Shown piece after piece: positions 33,651-47,583 of a stretch of 64,000 nt of DNA. The notes beneath the pieces are model-generated. The model was not told the origin of the DNA, made no database searches, and worked only from the letters and a program-made list of their open reading frames with translations. The translations under genes and the position numbers were made by a program. Source of the DNA: Octopus sinensis (lineage: Eukaryota); assembly GCF_006345805.1 (NCBI RefSeq), contig NC_043011.1, forward strand, positions 52,588,464-52,652,463. Direction: 5' to 3'. Position 1 is the first letter of the stretch. Every line of letters begins with the position of its first letter.

Positions 33651-36600
33651 TCATCTAACCATGTGAAATCATAGTCATGGTCAATGCTGGTGTCACATAT
33701 CAGGCGCACATGATGGTGATATGTAAAAGCACCCTGCTGGTGACACGTGAAAGCACCAGTTTTATGGTGTGTAAATTCCCCACCTGGATGGGACACTTGT
33801 CTGTCACAAGATTACTCATTTTTGCCAGGTAAGTGGACTGGGGCAATGTGAAGTGAAGTGTTTTGCTCAGGAACACAATGCCATCATGCAACCCAGGAAT
33901 CGAAACCACGATCTTACAATCATGAGTCCAACACCGTACTCACTAAGCCACATGCCTCCAAAAGTGATGTTTAGGGTCTACTGCCAAAGGGCTACTAAGA
34001 GAATGACTATTAGTTCAAGGAGACTTTTGTTAACCAAAATCATTTACCTTTTATCTTTTTTCTTGTTTCAGTCATTCAACCATGTGGCCATGCTGGGGCA
34101 CCGCTTTGAAGAATATTTAGTTGAAAGAATCGACCCCAGTACTTATCATTTTTTTAAAGACTGGTACTTATTCTATTAGTCCCTCTGCTGAACTGCTGAG
34201 TTATGGGGCTGTAGACATACCAACACTGGTTGTCAAGTGGTGGAGGGGAGACAAACACACACACACACATGATGGGCTTCTTTCAGTTTCCCCTCAATCA
34301 AACTTACTCGCAAGTCTCTGACTGGCCCAAGGCTTTAGTAGAAGATTCTTACCCAAAGTATCATGTAGTGGAACTGAACCAAGAACCATGTGGTTTGGAA
34401 GCAAGCTTCTTATAACACAGCCATGCCTGTGCTTGGTGAAGTTCACAAATTTGAATACATTTCATGTCAAGGTGGAGTTATCCAAATTTATTTCTTTATT
34501 GCCCACAGGGGACTAAACATAGAGGGGACAAACAAGGACAGACAAAGGGATTAAGTTGATTACATCGACCCCAGTGTGTAACTGGTATTTATTTAATCGA
34601 CCCCGAAAGGATGAAAGGCAAAGTCGACCTTGGCGGAATTTGAACTCAGAACGTAAAGACAGATGAAATACCGCAACACATTTCATCCGGTGTGCTAACA
34701 TTTCTGCCAGCTCACCACCTGTAAACTTTACCAATGTTTGTACAGTTGTCTGTGTAATCTTGTTGGATGAGTGATTCTACAGCAAATGCAGAACTGTAGT
34801 TTTTTACATATGAGAGTCTTCCAGAAAATAAATTATAACACATCTCTATATTATGAGAGAGTTTAGAAAATGTATCATTGTTTATCACATAAAAAAAAAA
34901 ATGGCTTAAAATATCATTGAAAATGGTGGCAAATATGGTTTTTATCAATTGTTAGAAAAAGTAAATATAGTGGGAAGAATGGAGGGCGGGATAAGAATGA
35001 TATTGAAGTGAAGTAAAGATGAAATAAGAGTGTATATTTAGTTTGAGAGAAAAAACAAGGCAATGACAAAATAGGAGGGAAAGTGGGAGAATAGGAAGAT
35101 AAGAGTGATGGAGAAAAGTAAGCAAGATGCAAAATAAGATGGTATTTAGAGAGAAAGAGGGAGAGAGAAAAGCAAAATATTATACAGCTTAGCCTTTGTT
35201 GTCTGTGGCATGTATTTGAGTGCATGTCTGTCCAGTAGGTATTGTGGATATTTTTGTTGACACAAAAAGACCTTTTTTTTCAAAAAAAAAATCAGCTGTC
35301 ATCTTCAGCTTTTTTTCCCCCCTCAAAGTTCAGTGGGGGAAATGTATGATCACCACCTGTCAGTAGGAAGACATGACATTTTGTGACATCTCTTATAAAG
35401 GTGCAGTAAACTACCACAGAATTATATGCAACAGCTGGTGGTGAGATAGGGGGGATGAGCTATTTAATTAATCAGGTACAAATTAAAATGTGTCCCATGA
35501 TGATGAGTTTGATTCATGAGTTTTGTTTTGTTAACAATCAACCTATTGTTCTATTTCCATTTCTTTTGTTTAATTTTTTTTTTTTTTTGGCTCTTTTAGT
35601 GGGTTTCAGTTACTGAGTACATCTATGTCGGGACACTACCTTCGAAAGCTTTTAGTTGATCATACCAACTCAGGATTTATTTTAGTCTGCATCCGAACGT
35701 GGCCGATGCCAGCACCGCCTTGACCGGTTTCTGTGCTGGTGGCATGTAAAAAGCACCAACCAATCGTGGCCACTGCCAGCCTCCCTTGGCATCTGTGCTG
35801 GTGGCACATAAAAAGCACCCACTACACTCAAGGAGTGGTTGGCGTTAGGAAGGGCATCCAGCTGTAGAAACTCTGCCAGATCAGATTGGAGCCTGGTGCA
35901 GCCTCCTGGCTTCCCAGACCCCAGTTGAACCGTCCAACCCGTGCTAGCACAGAAAACGGACGTTAAACGATGATGATGATGATTTATTTTATCTGTCTCT
36001 TTTTATCAAAAAGTTACCATTAAGGGTTTGTGACTTGACACACTGGTGCACATCATACCCAACCACCCTACATAAGGAAAGAATCATGCTGGATATGAAG
36101 CATGGAATAAACTATCTGCATCAGTTGTTAGTTGTCAGGACACCACATCCTTCAATACTTCTGTTTTCCTAAATTCACCAACATCACGTCTCTCCTTTTT
36201 TTTTATGAATCATTCATTCTTCACTTTCCTGTTATTTTGTGCATTACTTATGCACTGTACATGCGCTTTTGGCTACCTTTTTCTGATGAGCTGTAGTGCA
36301 CTTGAGCACTGTGTACAATATGTTCATTATAATTATTATAACTGTGTGTGTATAGCAGCTCTATGCCCAAATTTGAAACCAGACTGTTTGCATTGTAAAT
36401 ATGTGTAAGTATGGTCTGTCTCACTATAAAAAACACATCTCGAACTTTGGAAATCTTAGAGTTATGACATCACCACAGATCAGTCGACTCAGATTTGTTC
36501 AGGTTCTCAATAAGAAAGAGTATCTGAAGACAAAGCAAGGAGACTTGCAGACTGCATATCAGGGACTTAACCAGATTACTTTGTCAAATGTAATGCATAT

Positions 36601-37397
36601 TTATTCACGTTATTTTGAATTAATCAAGCATTATTGTGCAGCTTTGAGAATTCAGTTATGTGATTGTGTATTTTTACAATGACATTGCAGGGTGAGTGTG
36701 AGATGCCAGATCTGGCCAGCTTGAACATAAAACAGATTGGATGTTTTGGCTGGATATGGCCAGCTTAGATGCTAAAGGATGAGTAGCAGAGAGTGACAGC
36801 CAACAAATTCTTGGTTGTGGTAGTCTCCACAGATACAAGTGTCAAGATGCCATGTTGTAAATAAAACTGTCAACACTAACACTAATACATTCACTGAAAT
36901 ATTTAAAAAAATTTCTACCAGAATAATCATTCTTCCATTATGAACAGTACTTTTCAATGTCCAATGATTTCTTTCCTCGGAATGGTGGTGTTCTTTGTAA
37001 ATCGTTAACAATAAAAAAAGATAAAGTTAAACTGAAAACTACCAGCCCGGAGAAATCTAAATCTAAAATAACATGTTAGGTGAGGTTAGGTGTTATTTAA
37101 CCCTAGGTTAGCCTTAAAGATGGCACTTGTTTGACTCATTAGACTGCAGCTAAGCTGGGTCACTGCTTTGAAACATTTTTAGTTGAATGAATTAACCACA
37201 GTGCTTTTCTGGGTTTTTTTTAAAGCCTGGTACACATTCTATCAATCTCTTTTGCCAAACCTGTTACAAGGATGTAAACAAATCAACACTGGTTGTTAAG
37301 CAGTGGTGGGGGACAAGTACAAAGACAAACACACTTGCCCAAGGTGCCACACAGTAGAACTGAACCCAGAAGCATGTGGTTGGGAGTTAAGCTTCTG

Positions 37398-37820
37398 GCG
37401 ATGGACTTGGTAAACACCCACAAAGTTGTCAACCACCTCACCAACAACAACACTGAACACCTTTTTGATCTCCATGTGTCTAACACACGTGGACATGCCT
37501 ACAAAGTCAGAAAACAGCACAGCTCCCATGACTTTCGGAAACATTTCTTCACGCTCAGAGTTGCTGAAGCATGGAACAAACTGCCTGCGTCAGTTGTTGA
37601 CTGCCATGACACTGCATCCTTTAAGGCCCTCATGCTTTCCGAAATCTGCCGAAACTACACCTGATTGTCCCCCTTCCATACTCATACACATATGTGTATG
37701 TCATGACTCATGCACTGTTCTTTTCCTGACACTTGTACATTACCCTATGTACTATACATACACTTTAGATGAGTTGTAGTGCACCTGAGCACTGTACACA
37801 ATGTTTTATTATTATTATTA
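37398..37820 (+). mobile_element. CR1-clade LINE 3' end
   Basis: NTRGHAYKVRKQH...RKHFFTLRVAEAWNKLPASVV...SFK is the canonical CR1 ORF2 C-terminus. Other copies at about 36170-36330, 42985-43365 and 56115-56330 (+) and 55325-55450 (-). Confidence 0.85.
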
Positions 37821-40800
37821 CCACACAACCATGCCTGAGGAAGTTTTGAATGCTATTTCCAACAGTTCTCTGGTTGGTTTGGGTTTAGGATAAAGTAGCA
37901 GCTATTGCAACAAGCCTTTTAAATTGTAAACAAAACAACCATAATAGTTTATTTTCAATAGGTTGTTGATGTTTAAATCTTAGTCAAGCCTGACTGAGCA
38001 AATCTTTGAATTGAGATACAGCGGCCATAACTATCCTGTCTTCTATTCAGACATAGTGTACATCTAAGATTACATTCCATGTCCTTCTTTTTTCTTAAGA
38101 TAACAGGGTGTACATTGAGGGAGATTTGACAGCCATTTCTAGCAGGTTGAGTGACCATATAGGGGTTCCTTCATTGGCTCACATTTTATTAAGTGTATTT
38201 AATGATTTAGAGGAAGAATATAGTTCAGTGGTTTTCAGCCACGGTCCATAAAAGTTTTTTTTTTTGGCTCTGTGTGTGTGTGAATTCTACACAAGTAAAA
38301 TAGTACATTGGAGATCGACACTAGTATATTAAGAGTCTATGAAAGAATTTTGGTTTAGATGTATTTATTGCAAGAAATAGCAAGATTTCTTTCTCTAACA
38401 TTCTACATAGTTCAATCTACACAACTTAATACTCTTTATTCTCTGTCTTTTACTTGTTTCAGTAATTTGACTGGCCATGCTGGAGCACCGCCTTTAAGTC
38501 AAGCAAATCGCACCCAGGACTTATTCCTTGTAAGCCTAGTAGTTATTCTATCAGTCTCTTTTGCCGAACCACTAATTTACAGGGAACATAAACACACCAG
38601 CATCAGTTGGTTGCAGGGATGTTGCAGGGACAAACACAGACACACAAATATATACACACACACATACATACATATATACGACGGGCTTCTTTCAGTTTCC
38701 ATCTACGAAATCCACTCACAAGGCTTTGGTCGGACCAAGGCAATAGTAGAAGACACTTGCCCAAGGTGCCATGCAGTGGGACTGAACTCAGAACCATGTG
38801 GTTTGTAAGACAGTTACTTACCACACAGCCACTCATGATCTATAAAACTAGTATTTAAATGCCAAATGGCTATGGGGGTCTACTAGAGTAAAATAGTAAT
38901 CAAAGGGGTCCATAGGTAAACAATTAGTGTGACTGTCATGTCAGCAGTTTCATTTATTTCCAATATTCTGTGAGAACATGTCTGGCCTTGAGGAAATCTT
39001 AACTTGGAGACAGGTAAGGGTTGGTGACAGGAAGGGCATCCAGCAGTATAAAATCGGCTGCAATAAACTTCACCCGACCCATGCAAGCATGAGAAACTGG
39101 TAATTAAAATGATAATGATGATGATGATGAATTAACCCAGTATGTAATTGATACGTATTTTGATCAAAACAGGAGACAGACGAATTGAAAAACCAGTCTA
39201 TGACTGTATATAATAGTGTAGAAACTATTTGCTGGTATGCTGTGACAATAAATACATCATCATCATCATCATCATCATCATCATTTAGCGTCCGTTTTCC
39301 ATGCTAGCATGGGTTGGACGGTTTAACTGGGGTCTGTGAAGCCGGAAGGCTTCATCAGGCCCAGTCAGATTTGGCAGTGTTTCTACGGCTGGATGCCCTT
39401 CCTAACACCAACCACTCCGTGAGTGTAGTGTGTGCTTTTTACGTGCCACCTGCACAGGTGCCAGACAGAGCTGGCAAACGGCCACGAATGGATGGTGTTT
39501 TTACGTGCCACCGGCACGGGGGCCAGGCGAGGCTGGCAACGGACACGAACGGATGGTGCTTTTAGGTGCCACCGGCACGGGGGCCAGGCGAGGCTGGCAA
39601 CGGACACGAACGGATGGTGCTATTAAATTCAGTGATGAATTACAATGTATGTGTTTTGCTTTGATACTTATTTTATCAAAATACAAAGAGACAGACGAAA
39701 ATCTTATTTCTTTATTGCCCACAAGGGGCTAAACATAGAGGGAACAAACAAGGACAGACAAATGCATTAAGTCGATTATATCGACCCCAGTGCGTAACTG
39801 GTACTTATTTAATTGACCCCGAAAGGATGAAAGGCAAAGTCGACTTCGGCGGAATTTGAACTCAGACGAAATACCGCTAAGCATTTCGCCTGGCGTGCTA
39901 AAGTTTCTGCCAGCTCGCTGCCTTAACAGACAGGCAAAAATCCAGCAAGGAAACATTGGTGTTACACTATTTTTGCCATGCCACTATTTTGGAGAAGGAA
40001 AAAAAAATAACAACATCAAAAACAATGATAATTTGTTTATTAGTCTCAAGGTCCTTGATGTATAGAAATAAATAACATTTTATTTTTTAAAAAATTAACA
40101 AATAAAAACTAACAAAATATCAACAACAAATTGCTACTGTTTTTCCATTACCATGACAACTGTCAAGATCTGAAATCATTGTTACAAAAAACACACTAGT
40201 AGAACAGTCTAGAATGGTCTAGATCAATGACAACCTTTCTCGGAAAGGTGTTCACAAAATTTAGGAGTAAAATGTTATAGATCACCAAACATAAATTCCT
40301 TTAATTACATTGTGCAATAACAGCAGGACAAAACCCATTCTGGAACCATCAAAAAGTTTGGTATGAACTACTAGTGTGGTTTACCTGGACTTCTAGTCTA
40401 GGTCATATACCTTAGTCAGCATCAGAATTACATCAAGCAAAACGCATTTTAAAAAACACTTTATAACCCTTAACAGGCTGTTGGATTACTACAGAATATT
40501 TCATCTCTGTGTAGTATGTTCAGTGATAAGTCAATGTACTGTACACTGTTCATCTCCATGTCTTTTGAATACTATCAGGTGCTGGTATTATTAGTGACTG
40601 AAAGTATTATAGTTCAACTAGGGACTGAACTTGCATCACTCACTTGCTAGGAAATTACAACCACTCTATGGTACTGGCACCAAATACCATTACAAAGGCT
40701 AAATTGGCTCTATTCACCTACTAATCGTAGAACTTTCTTTGAGAGAAAGGAGAGAGATAAAGCTTTTCCACTCTCATTTGTTTTTCTAAAAATATTTTAA

Positions 40801-43800
40801 AATCAGAAAGTTTCACACACAGTCATTATACAGCACAACTTGTTTCAGGGTGTTAGAGAATGGAAACTGAGAGAGATTGTGTGACATTCATGATTTTTTT
40901 TCCAGTTCAAAGATAAGTTATATGACCACAACCTGTTATTGAAAGTTGTGAAGTAGAATCATCATGAGATCACTTCTGACTTACTGTAATCTAACATCGC
41001 TTTCTAACACAGGCTGATGGATGACTAGAATTGGTGAGTGACACACAAAACGTCTTGTATAAATTCTTTTATGTTTTTAATTCAACTTTGTTTTTTCTCC
41101 ATCTGAGATTGGTTTCCTCAACTACAGTAATATGCTAATATTTCTTATTTCTTTATTGCCCACAAGGAGCTAAACACAGAGATGACAAACAAGGACAGAC
41201 AAAGGAATTAAGTCGATTACATCGACCCCAGTGCATAACTGGTACTTAATTTATCGACCCCGTAAGGATGAAAGGCAAAGTCGACCTCGGCGGAATTTGA
41301 ACTCAGAACATAGCGGCAGACGAAATACCGCTAAGCAGTTTGCCCAGCGTGCTAACGTTTCTACCAGCTCACTGCCTTAATTTGCTAATATTTCTAGCTA
41401 TGCTTAAGGTGGCAAGCTGGTAGAATCACTAGCACACCAGACAAAGTGTTTAGTAGTATTTCATCCATCTTTACGTTCTGAGTTCAAATTCTGCTGAGGT
41501 TGACTTTGCATTTTATACTTTCAGGGTCAATAAAATAAATACTACTTGAGTACTGAGGTCACTTTCCTCTATCTCCTGAAAATCCTGGCCTTGTGCCAAA
41601 ATTTGAAACAAGTATTTTCTAGCTAATGTGTCTTAATTTCTACAACAGTCACAAGGTCACAAATTTAGCAGCAAGGAAGTGAATTAGAGCAAACCCCCGT
41701 ACTTAATTTCTCAATATCAGATAAATGCAAAGCAATGTTAATCCAAGCAGGATTTGAACTCAGAAGTAAATACTAAATAACTAAATACAAGGTATTTTGT
41801 CTTGTTATCTACCAATTCTGCCATCCACCAAAATCTTAATTATTATAATAATAATAATCCTTTCTACTACAGGCAAAAAAACTGAAATGCTTTGTGATAT
41901 TTCTTTTGACTTAATGTTCCGAGTTCAAATTCCGCCAAGGTCAACTTTGTCTCCCATCCTTTCAGGGTCAATAAAATAAGTACCAGTTGAACACTGGGGT
42001 CAATGTAATCAACTTGCCCCCCTCCCCCAAAATTGCTGGTCTTCAACCAAAATTTGAAAGCAACATATATGGAGACGATATATATTATATCTTAAATTAG
42101 CAAATAAAAGATACATGATTGCAAAGCTGATCAAATGTTCCATTCAATTAGCAATCTCCAAATGAATAAACTGTTGTCTATCTCCAACTCAATAGGCCTG
42201 CTCAAAGAAACCTGTCTGAAGCTAACCAATAAATAAAAACAAAATCTAAACAATATATCTACAATAAATTAGAAATAAATTTCAGAGGGGAGAAAAAAAA
42301 AAGAACTATTTTCCTTTTCATTCTCCATTAAATATTAGCATATAAAAATAATTAGTTTGTTTTTAATTAGATTAGCATGCTGCACAAGCAATTTGGTTTA
42401 ATTATCCATAGAGTGCACATAACATCTGTGACACACAACAATAAAATGTGAATGAATTCAAATTAACAAAAGTTACAGCAGAAATTACACATTAGCAAAC
42501 AGGGTTGGACAAAATGTAGAGGTGGTGGTAGAGTGATGGAAAGATTTATCACAATGCAAGATATTCTAGTAGAATACTCTACATTATATAACTTGATCCC
42601 CTTGGTTCTGTGAGAGAAATTTGCCCAGGCCATCTGTAACATTGACCCCTGGAGAGTGAAAGAAAGAGTTGACCTGGGCACAGGTACGACTAATATATTG
42701 GCCTGTGCTGAAAAAACCAGTAATATTTTGGTTTCAAATTTTGGCACAAGACCAGGAATTTTGGGGGGAGAGATAAGTTAATTATACTGAGCCCAGTGCT
42801 TAACTGGTACTTATTTTATCAACCTTGGAAGGATGAAAGGGAAAGTTGACTTTGGCAGAATTTGAACCCAGAACGTAAAGATGGACGAAATGCTGCTAAG
42901 CATTTTGCCTGGCATGCCAACAATTCTACCAGCTCGCCACCTTAGGAACACTTGTAATATATTAGTATCAGTTTCAGTCACATGTGCTACAATAACTCTG
43001 AGCACCTTTTCAAACTCCACCTGTCTAACACCCGTGGACATGTTTGCAAAGTCAGCAAACAGCACAGCTCCCATGACTTCAGGAAACATTTTTTCAAGCT
43101 AAGAGTTGCTGAAGCATGGAACAAACTGCCGGCATCAGTTCAGTTGTTAGTTATCGGAGCACTGCATCCTTCAAAACTTCCATGCTTCCTGAGATTCGCC
43201 AACACTACACCTGATTTTCTCCCCTCCATACACATACAAGCATGTATCTGATTCATACACTGTTTGCTTTCCAGACATTTGTACATTACTGCATACACTT
43301 TATTACACACTTTTGACAAGTTGTGGTGCACCTGAGCACTGTATACAATAATTTCATTATATTATATATAAAAACGAACTTTGTGCATAATGAAAAAGAC
43401 AATATTATTATTTCTATTAGTAAAAGAAATCATTATTATTAGGGCAATGAATAACCAGAATTGTTGGTGTTGGATAAACTGCCTGCCTTGCTGTGTTTAA
43501 TCATGGCTTTTTACAATTCCAATTTCAAATCCTGCTCAGATCAACTGCCTCTTCCAAGCTCAATAAAATAAAGTACCGGCCAAGTACAGGGGTTGATATT
43601 ATTGACTAACCCTCTCCTACCAAATTTCTGGAGTGAAATTTGAAAAGTGAAATCTAGCTATAAAAATATAGTTTATCGAAACACGGTAAAAATAAATGGA
43701 GATGAATAAGAAAAGTTCCTCAGTAGCTGCCACAGAAGAAAGAGAAATAAATTTCTTTATAAAAATTATCAAAAACTACTAAGAAGAGTAAAGAAATTGG

Positions 43801-43909
43801 AAGGAAGTGGGATCAAAATCTATTTTTTCATTTGAAATACCAAGGTAAACCTTTATAGATATGACAGTGTGGACATAGTCCATTTAATACAGTACTATAA
43901 ATGACAAGA

Positions 43910-43974
<65 letters not shown>

Positions 43975-45011
43975 ATCCAAACATGAAAGCACAAAAAAAC
44001 ACAACAACGCGAGGACGTGGAACAAATATAGTATTATTGGACGCTCAGGAAAGAAGGAGGGTTTAACGTTTTGAGCGGAGCTCTTTGTCGGAAACATAGG
44101 AGAAGGGAAGACAGAGGAAAAAAAAAAATCACCAACGGTACACATCATCATCATTTAGCGTCCGCTTTCCATGCTAGCATGGGTTGGACGGTTCAACTGG
44201 GGTCTGTGAAGCCAGAAGGCTGCATCAGGCTCAGTCTGATCTGGCAGTGTTTCTACGGCTGGATGTCCTTCCTAACGCCAACCACTCTGTGAGTGTAGTG
44301 GGTGCTTTTTACGTGCCACCCGCACAGGTGCCAGACGGAGCTGGCAAAGAGCGAGATAACTTATATTTAACAGCATGTATCAGTTTGTAAGTTCCACTTC
44401 CTGTAATTTTCTTCCCAGCATTTTGTGCCATTTCAAGATATATATACTAAAAGCCAAAAGTAAATACATATCAATATACATAAATATATATCATCATCAT
44501 CGTTTAGCGTCCGCTTTCCATGCTGGCATGGGTTGGACGGTTCAACTGGGGTCTGGGAAGCTAGAAGGCTGCACCAGGCCCAGTCTGATCTGGCAATGTT
44601 TCTACGGCTGGATGCCCTTCCTAACGCCAACCACTCCATGAGTGTAGTGGGTGCTTTATATATATATATATATATATATGACCATTGTTGTTTAGTCCCC
44701 GCTCAGCCTTCGTCAAGCAGATCTATGATCAAAGACATTTTAGCCCTAACTAACTTGTCATTTTAGGGATATGTAAGATCACATTATCTCATATGTTTAT
44801 TACTTTACCCCCCCAAAACAGAATGTGATTTGAGAGATTTGCTTGCTATTTTTAGCACACTGAGTGACCACGAAGAAGTTTGTTTGTTGGCTTGAGCAAC
44901 AGCAGTGCATACATGAGGTAATAACTAAAGTACTGTAGATATACAATTATATCACAATTACATATGATGGTATTATATACATAAATATATATACATAAAC
45001 GTATACACACA

Positions 45012-45246
45012 CAGGGTGTTCAAAAAGTCTCTCTGCAGTGAATTTTTTTCATCCTGTGCAGCACTATGGCGCTACTTCAAGAGTCGTTCGGTGAACGGAT
45101 TATTTCGAAAGGACTTTGGCCACCAAGATCATCTGATTTAACACCGCCAGACATTTTTTTTCTGGGGAGCAAGTAAAGGATCAGTGTACAAGAAACGCCT
45201 AAAGACCATTACATACTTAATGCAGAGAGACTTTTTGAACACCCTG
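45012..45246 (+). mobile_element. Tc1/mariner-superfamily deletion derivative with 26-bp perfect TIRs
   Basis: TIR CAGGGTGTTCAAAAAGTCTCTCTGCA at 45012-45037 and 45221-45246. The interior reads GERIISKGLWPPRSSDLTPPD...WG. The TA TSD is not preserved. Confidence 0.75.
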
Positions 45247-46176
45247 TTTATATATATATATAATGGTGTGGTTTGGGTGCCAGTCTTATGATCATTTAGC
45301 TATGAGCTCAGTTCTCAGACTGGACAGAGAAATGTGTCCTTGAGCAAGTCATTTCATTTCACATTGCTTCAATCCACTGAGATAAAAACAAGTACCCGTA
45401 ATAGCTGGATTAATCCCATGATGGACTTCATTCATATTTAGGGAGGAGTCCAGTACTCTTTCTCACTTAAATGCCAATGGTAACTGGGTTAAGCTCCAGC
45501 TTAATGGGCCTGTAGGCTTGAGAGAGAAAGATTCTGTTCATATATATATATATATATAGGTACAGGCATGGCTGTGTGGTAAGAAGTTTGCTTCCCAACC
45601 ACATGGTTCCGGGTTCAGTCCCACTGCGTGGCATCTTGGGTGTCTTCCACTATAGTCTTCATCATCATTATCATCATCGTTTAACGTCCGTTTTCCATGC
45701 TAGCATGGGTTGGACGGTTCGACCGGGGTCTGGGAAGCAAGGAGGCTGCGCTAGGCTCCAGTTTGATCTGGCAGTGTTTCTACAGCTGGATGCCCTTCCT
45801 AACGCCAACCACTCCGTGAGTGTAGTGGGTGCTTTTTACGTGCCACCGGACCAATCAAATCCTTGTGAGTGGATCTGGTAAAGAAACTAAAAGAAGTTTG
45901 TTGTATATATATATATATATATATCTGTGTGTGTGTGTGTGTGTCTCCACCACTACTTGACAACCAGTGTTGGTACATTGACATCCCTATAACTTAGCAG
46001 TACAGCAAAAGTCACTGATAGAATAAGCATAGGTTTAAAAAGAAAATAAGTACTGGAGCCAATTAGTTTGACTAAAATTCCTCAAGTCTAATGACTGAAA
46101 CAAGTAAAAAGTAAAAGATTCATATATGTATGTATGTGTGTGTGTATGTAATGCATGTATATATCTGCATGTGTGA

Positions 46177-46249
<73 letters not shown>

Positions 46250-47227
46250 GCAGCACGGATTTTCGTCAGTAAACATGTTGCTGTCTTAAAGCGACGAAAA
46301 TATTTTGACAAATTAAACTTAAATGGCTTATAAACACCTTCCACGCTGCAATTGTTTTCATTTCAGCACACGATCTCAGATCAAATCACTTGCTATGCAA
46401 GTACATCCCCTATATATATAGTGTTATATTATAAAAAAAAAAAGGAGGTAAAGCAGTGTAAATATGGTTAAACATAGATGAGAGGCTTCCAAACAGTGTG
46501 TAAAAACAATTTACTTCATCACCAATAGTCTCCAGGAATAATGTGCAGTTGTTAAATCTGACGAATTTTTAGAACATTTCACTTTTACACATGCTTTTTG
46601 CCCATTGTCATGGGGCTGGATGTGACTTCTTGAAGAACCATTCTACAGTCGGATGCTCTTCCTGATACCAACTCTGACTTGCTTACAAGTAAGATATTTT
46701 AGGCCACATCTTTGTGTGTCAGAGCACCAAGCTATGGGGCATAAAGAACGTTACTGTTGCCCAAAGCAGTGTCAATGTGAAGACACACACACACACACAT
46801 ACAGCAGACTTCCATACAGTTTCTTTCTGTCAAATTTCACTTACAGGGCAATGGTCAACCTGAAGTGAAAGTAGAAGACACTTGGCAAATGTGCCATGTA
46901 GTGGATTCAAAACCAGAACCATATGATTGCAAAGCACACTCCTTAACCACTCAACCATGCCTGCACCTGTATATTTAATGGCAGTGTATATATGTTATGT
47001 ATAGATATGGCAGTGTGTGTCTGTGTGTGTGTGTATATATATATAAAAGCAGCACTAATGTTGTAAATATTATCAACCATACATATGCAATTCATGTGCT
47101 TGTTCACTGCTTCGGGGATGATTCCCTCATAGCACTGGGTGATTTAACCAGTGAACAAACAAAACACATACATTGAGCATGTGTGGTCAATAATGATAAT
47201 AATAATAATAATATATATGTAAAGACA

Positions 47228-47583
47228 AATTAGATATAGAGATATTCAATTGACAATCCAATAATTTACTTATATTACAATATGATGATGATGATGATGA
47301 TGATTACATTAAATACTATGAATATAATATATAGCATAACATGATATTATATAAAATAAATAATTATAAAAACCATAAAAGGTCAACAAATTGCTTTGAC
47401 TTATATATATTTTTTTTGATATACATAATCTGTACCATTATATATAAAGTGACTTATGGTTTTTATAATTATTTATGTTATATAATATTATGTTATGTTA
47501 TCTATTATATTCACAGTATTTCATGTAATATTGAAATATAAATAAATTATTGGATTGTCAATTGAATATCTCTATATCTAATT
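47228..47583. repeat. AT-rich foldback element (long imperfect hairpin)
   Basis: About 47228-47390 pairs with about 47450-47583. The left arm carries an extra (GAT)n run. Confidence 0.8.

Noticed and set aside
47095-47160. Hammerhead-like fragments on the minus strand (CUG...AUGA, ggga/uccc stem, GAAG)
   Set aside because: The core is interrupted by about 18 nt and GAAAC/NUH is missing. At most a heavily decayed relic.
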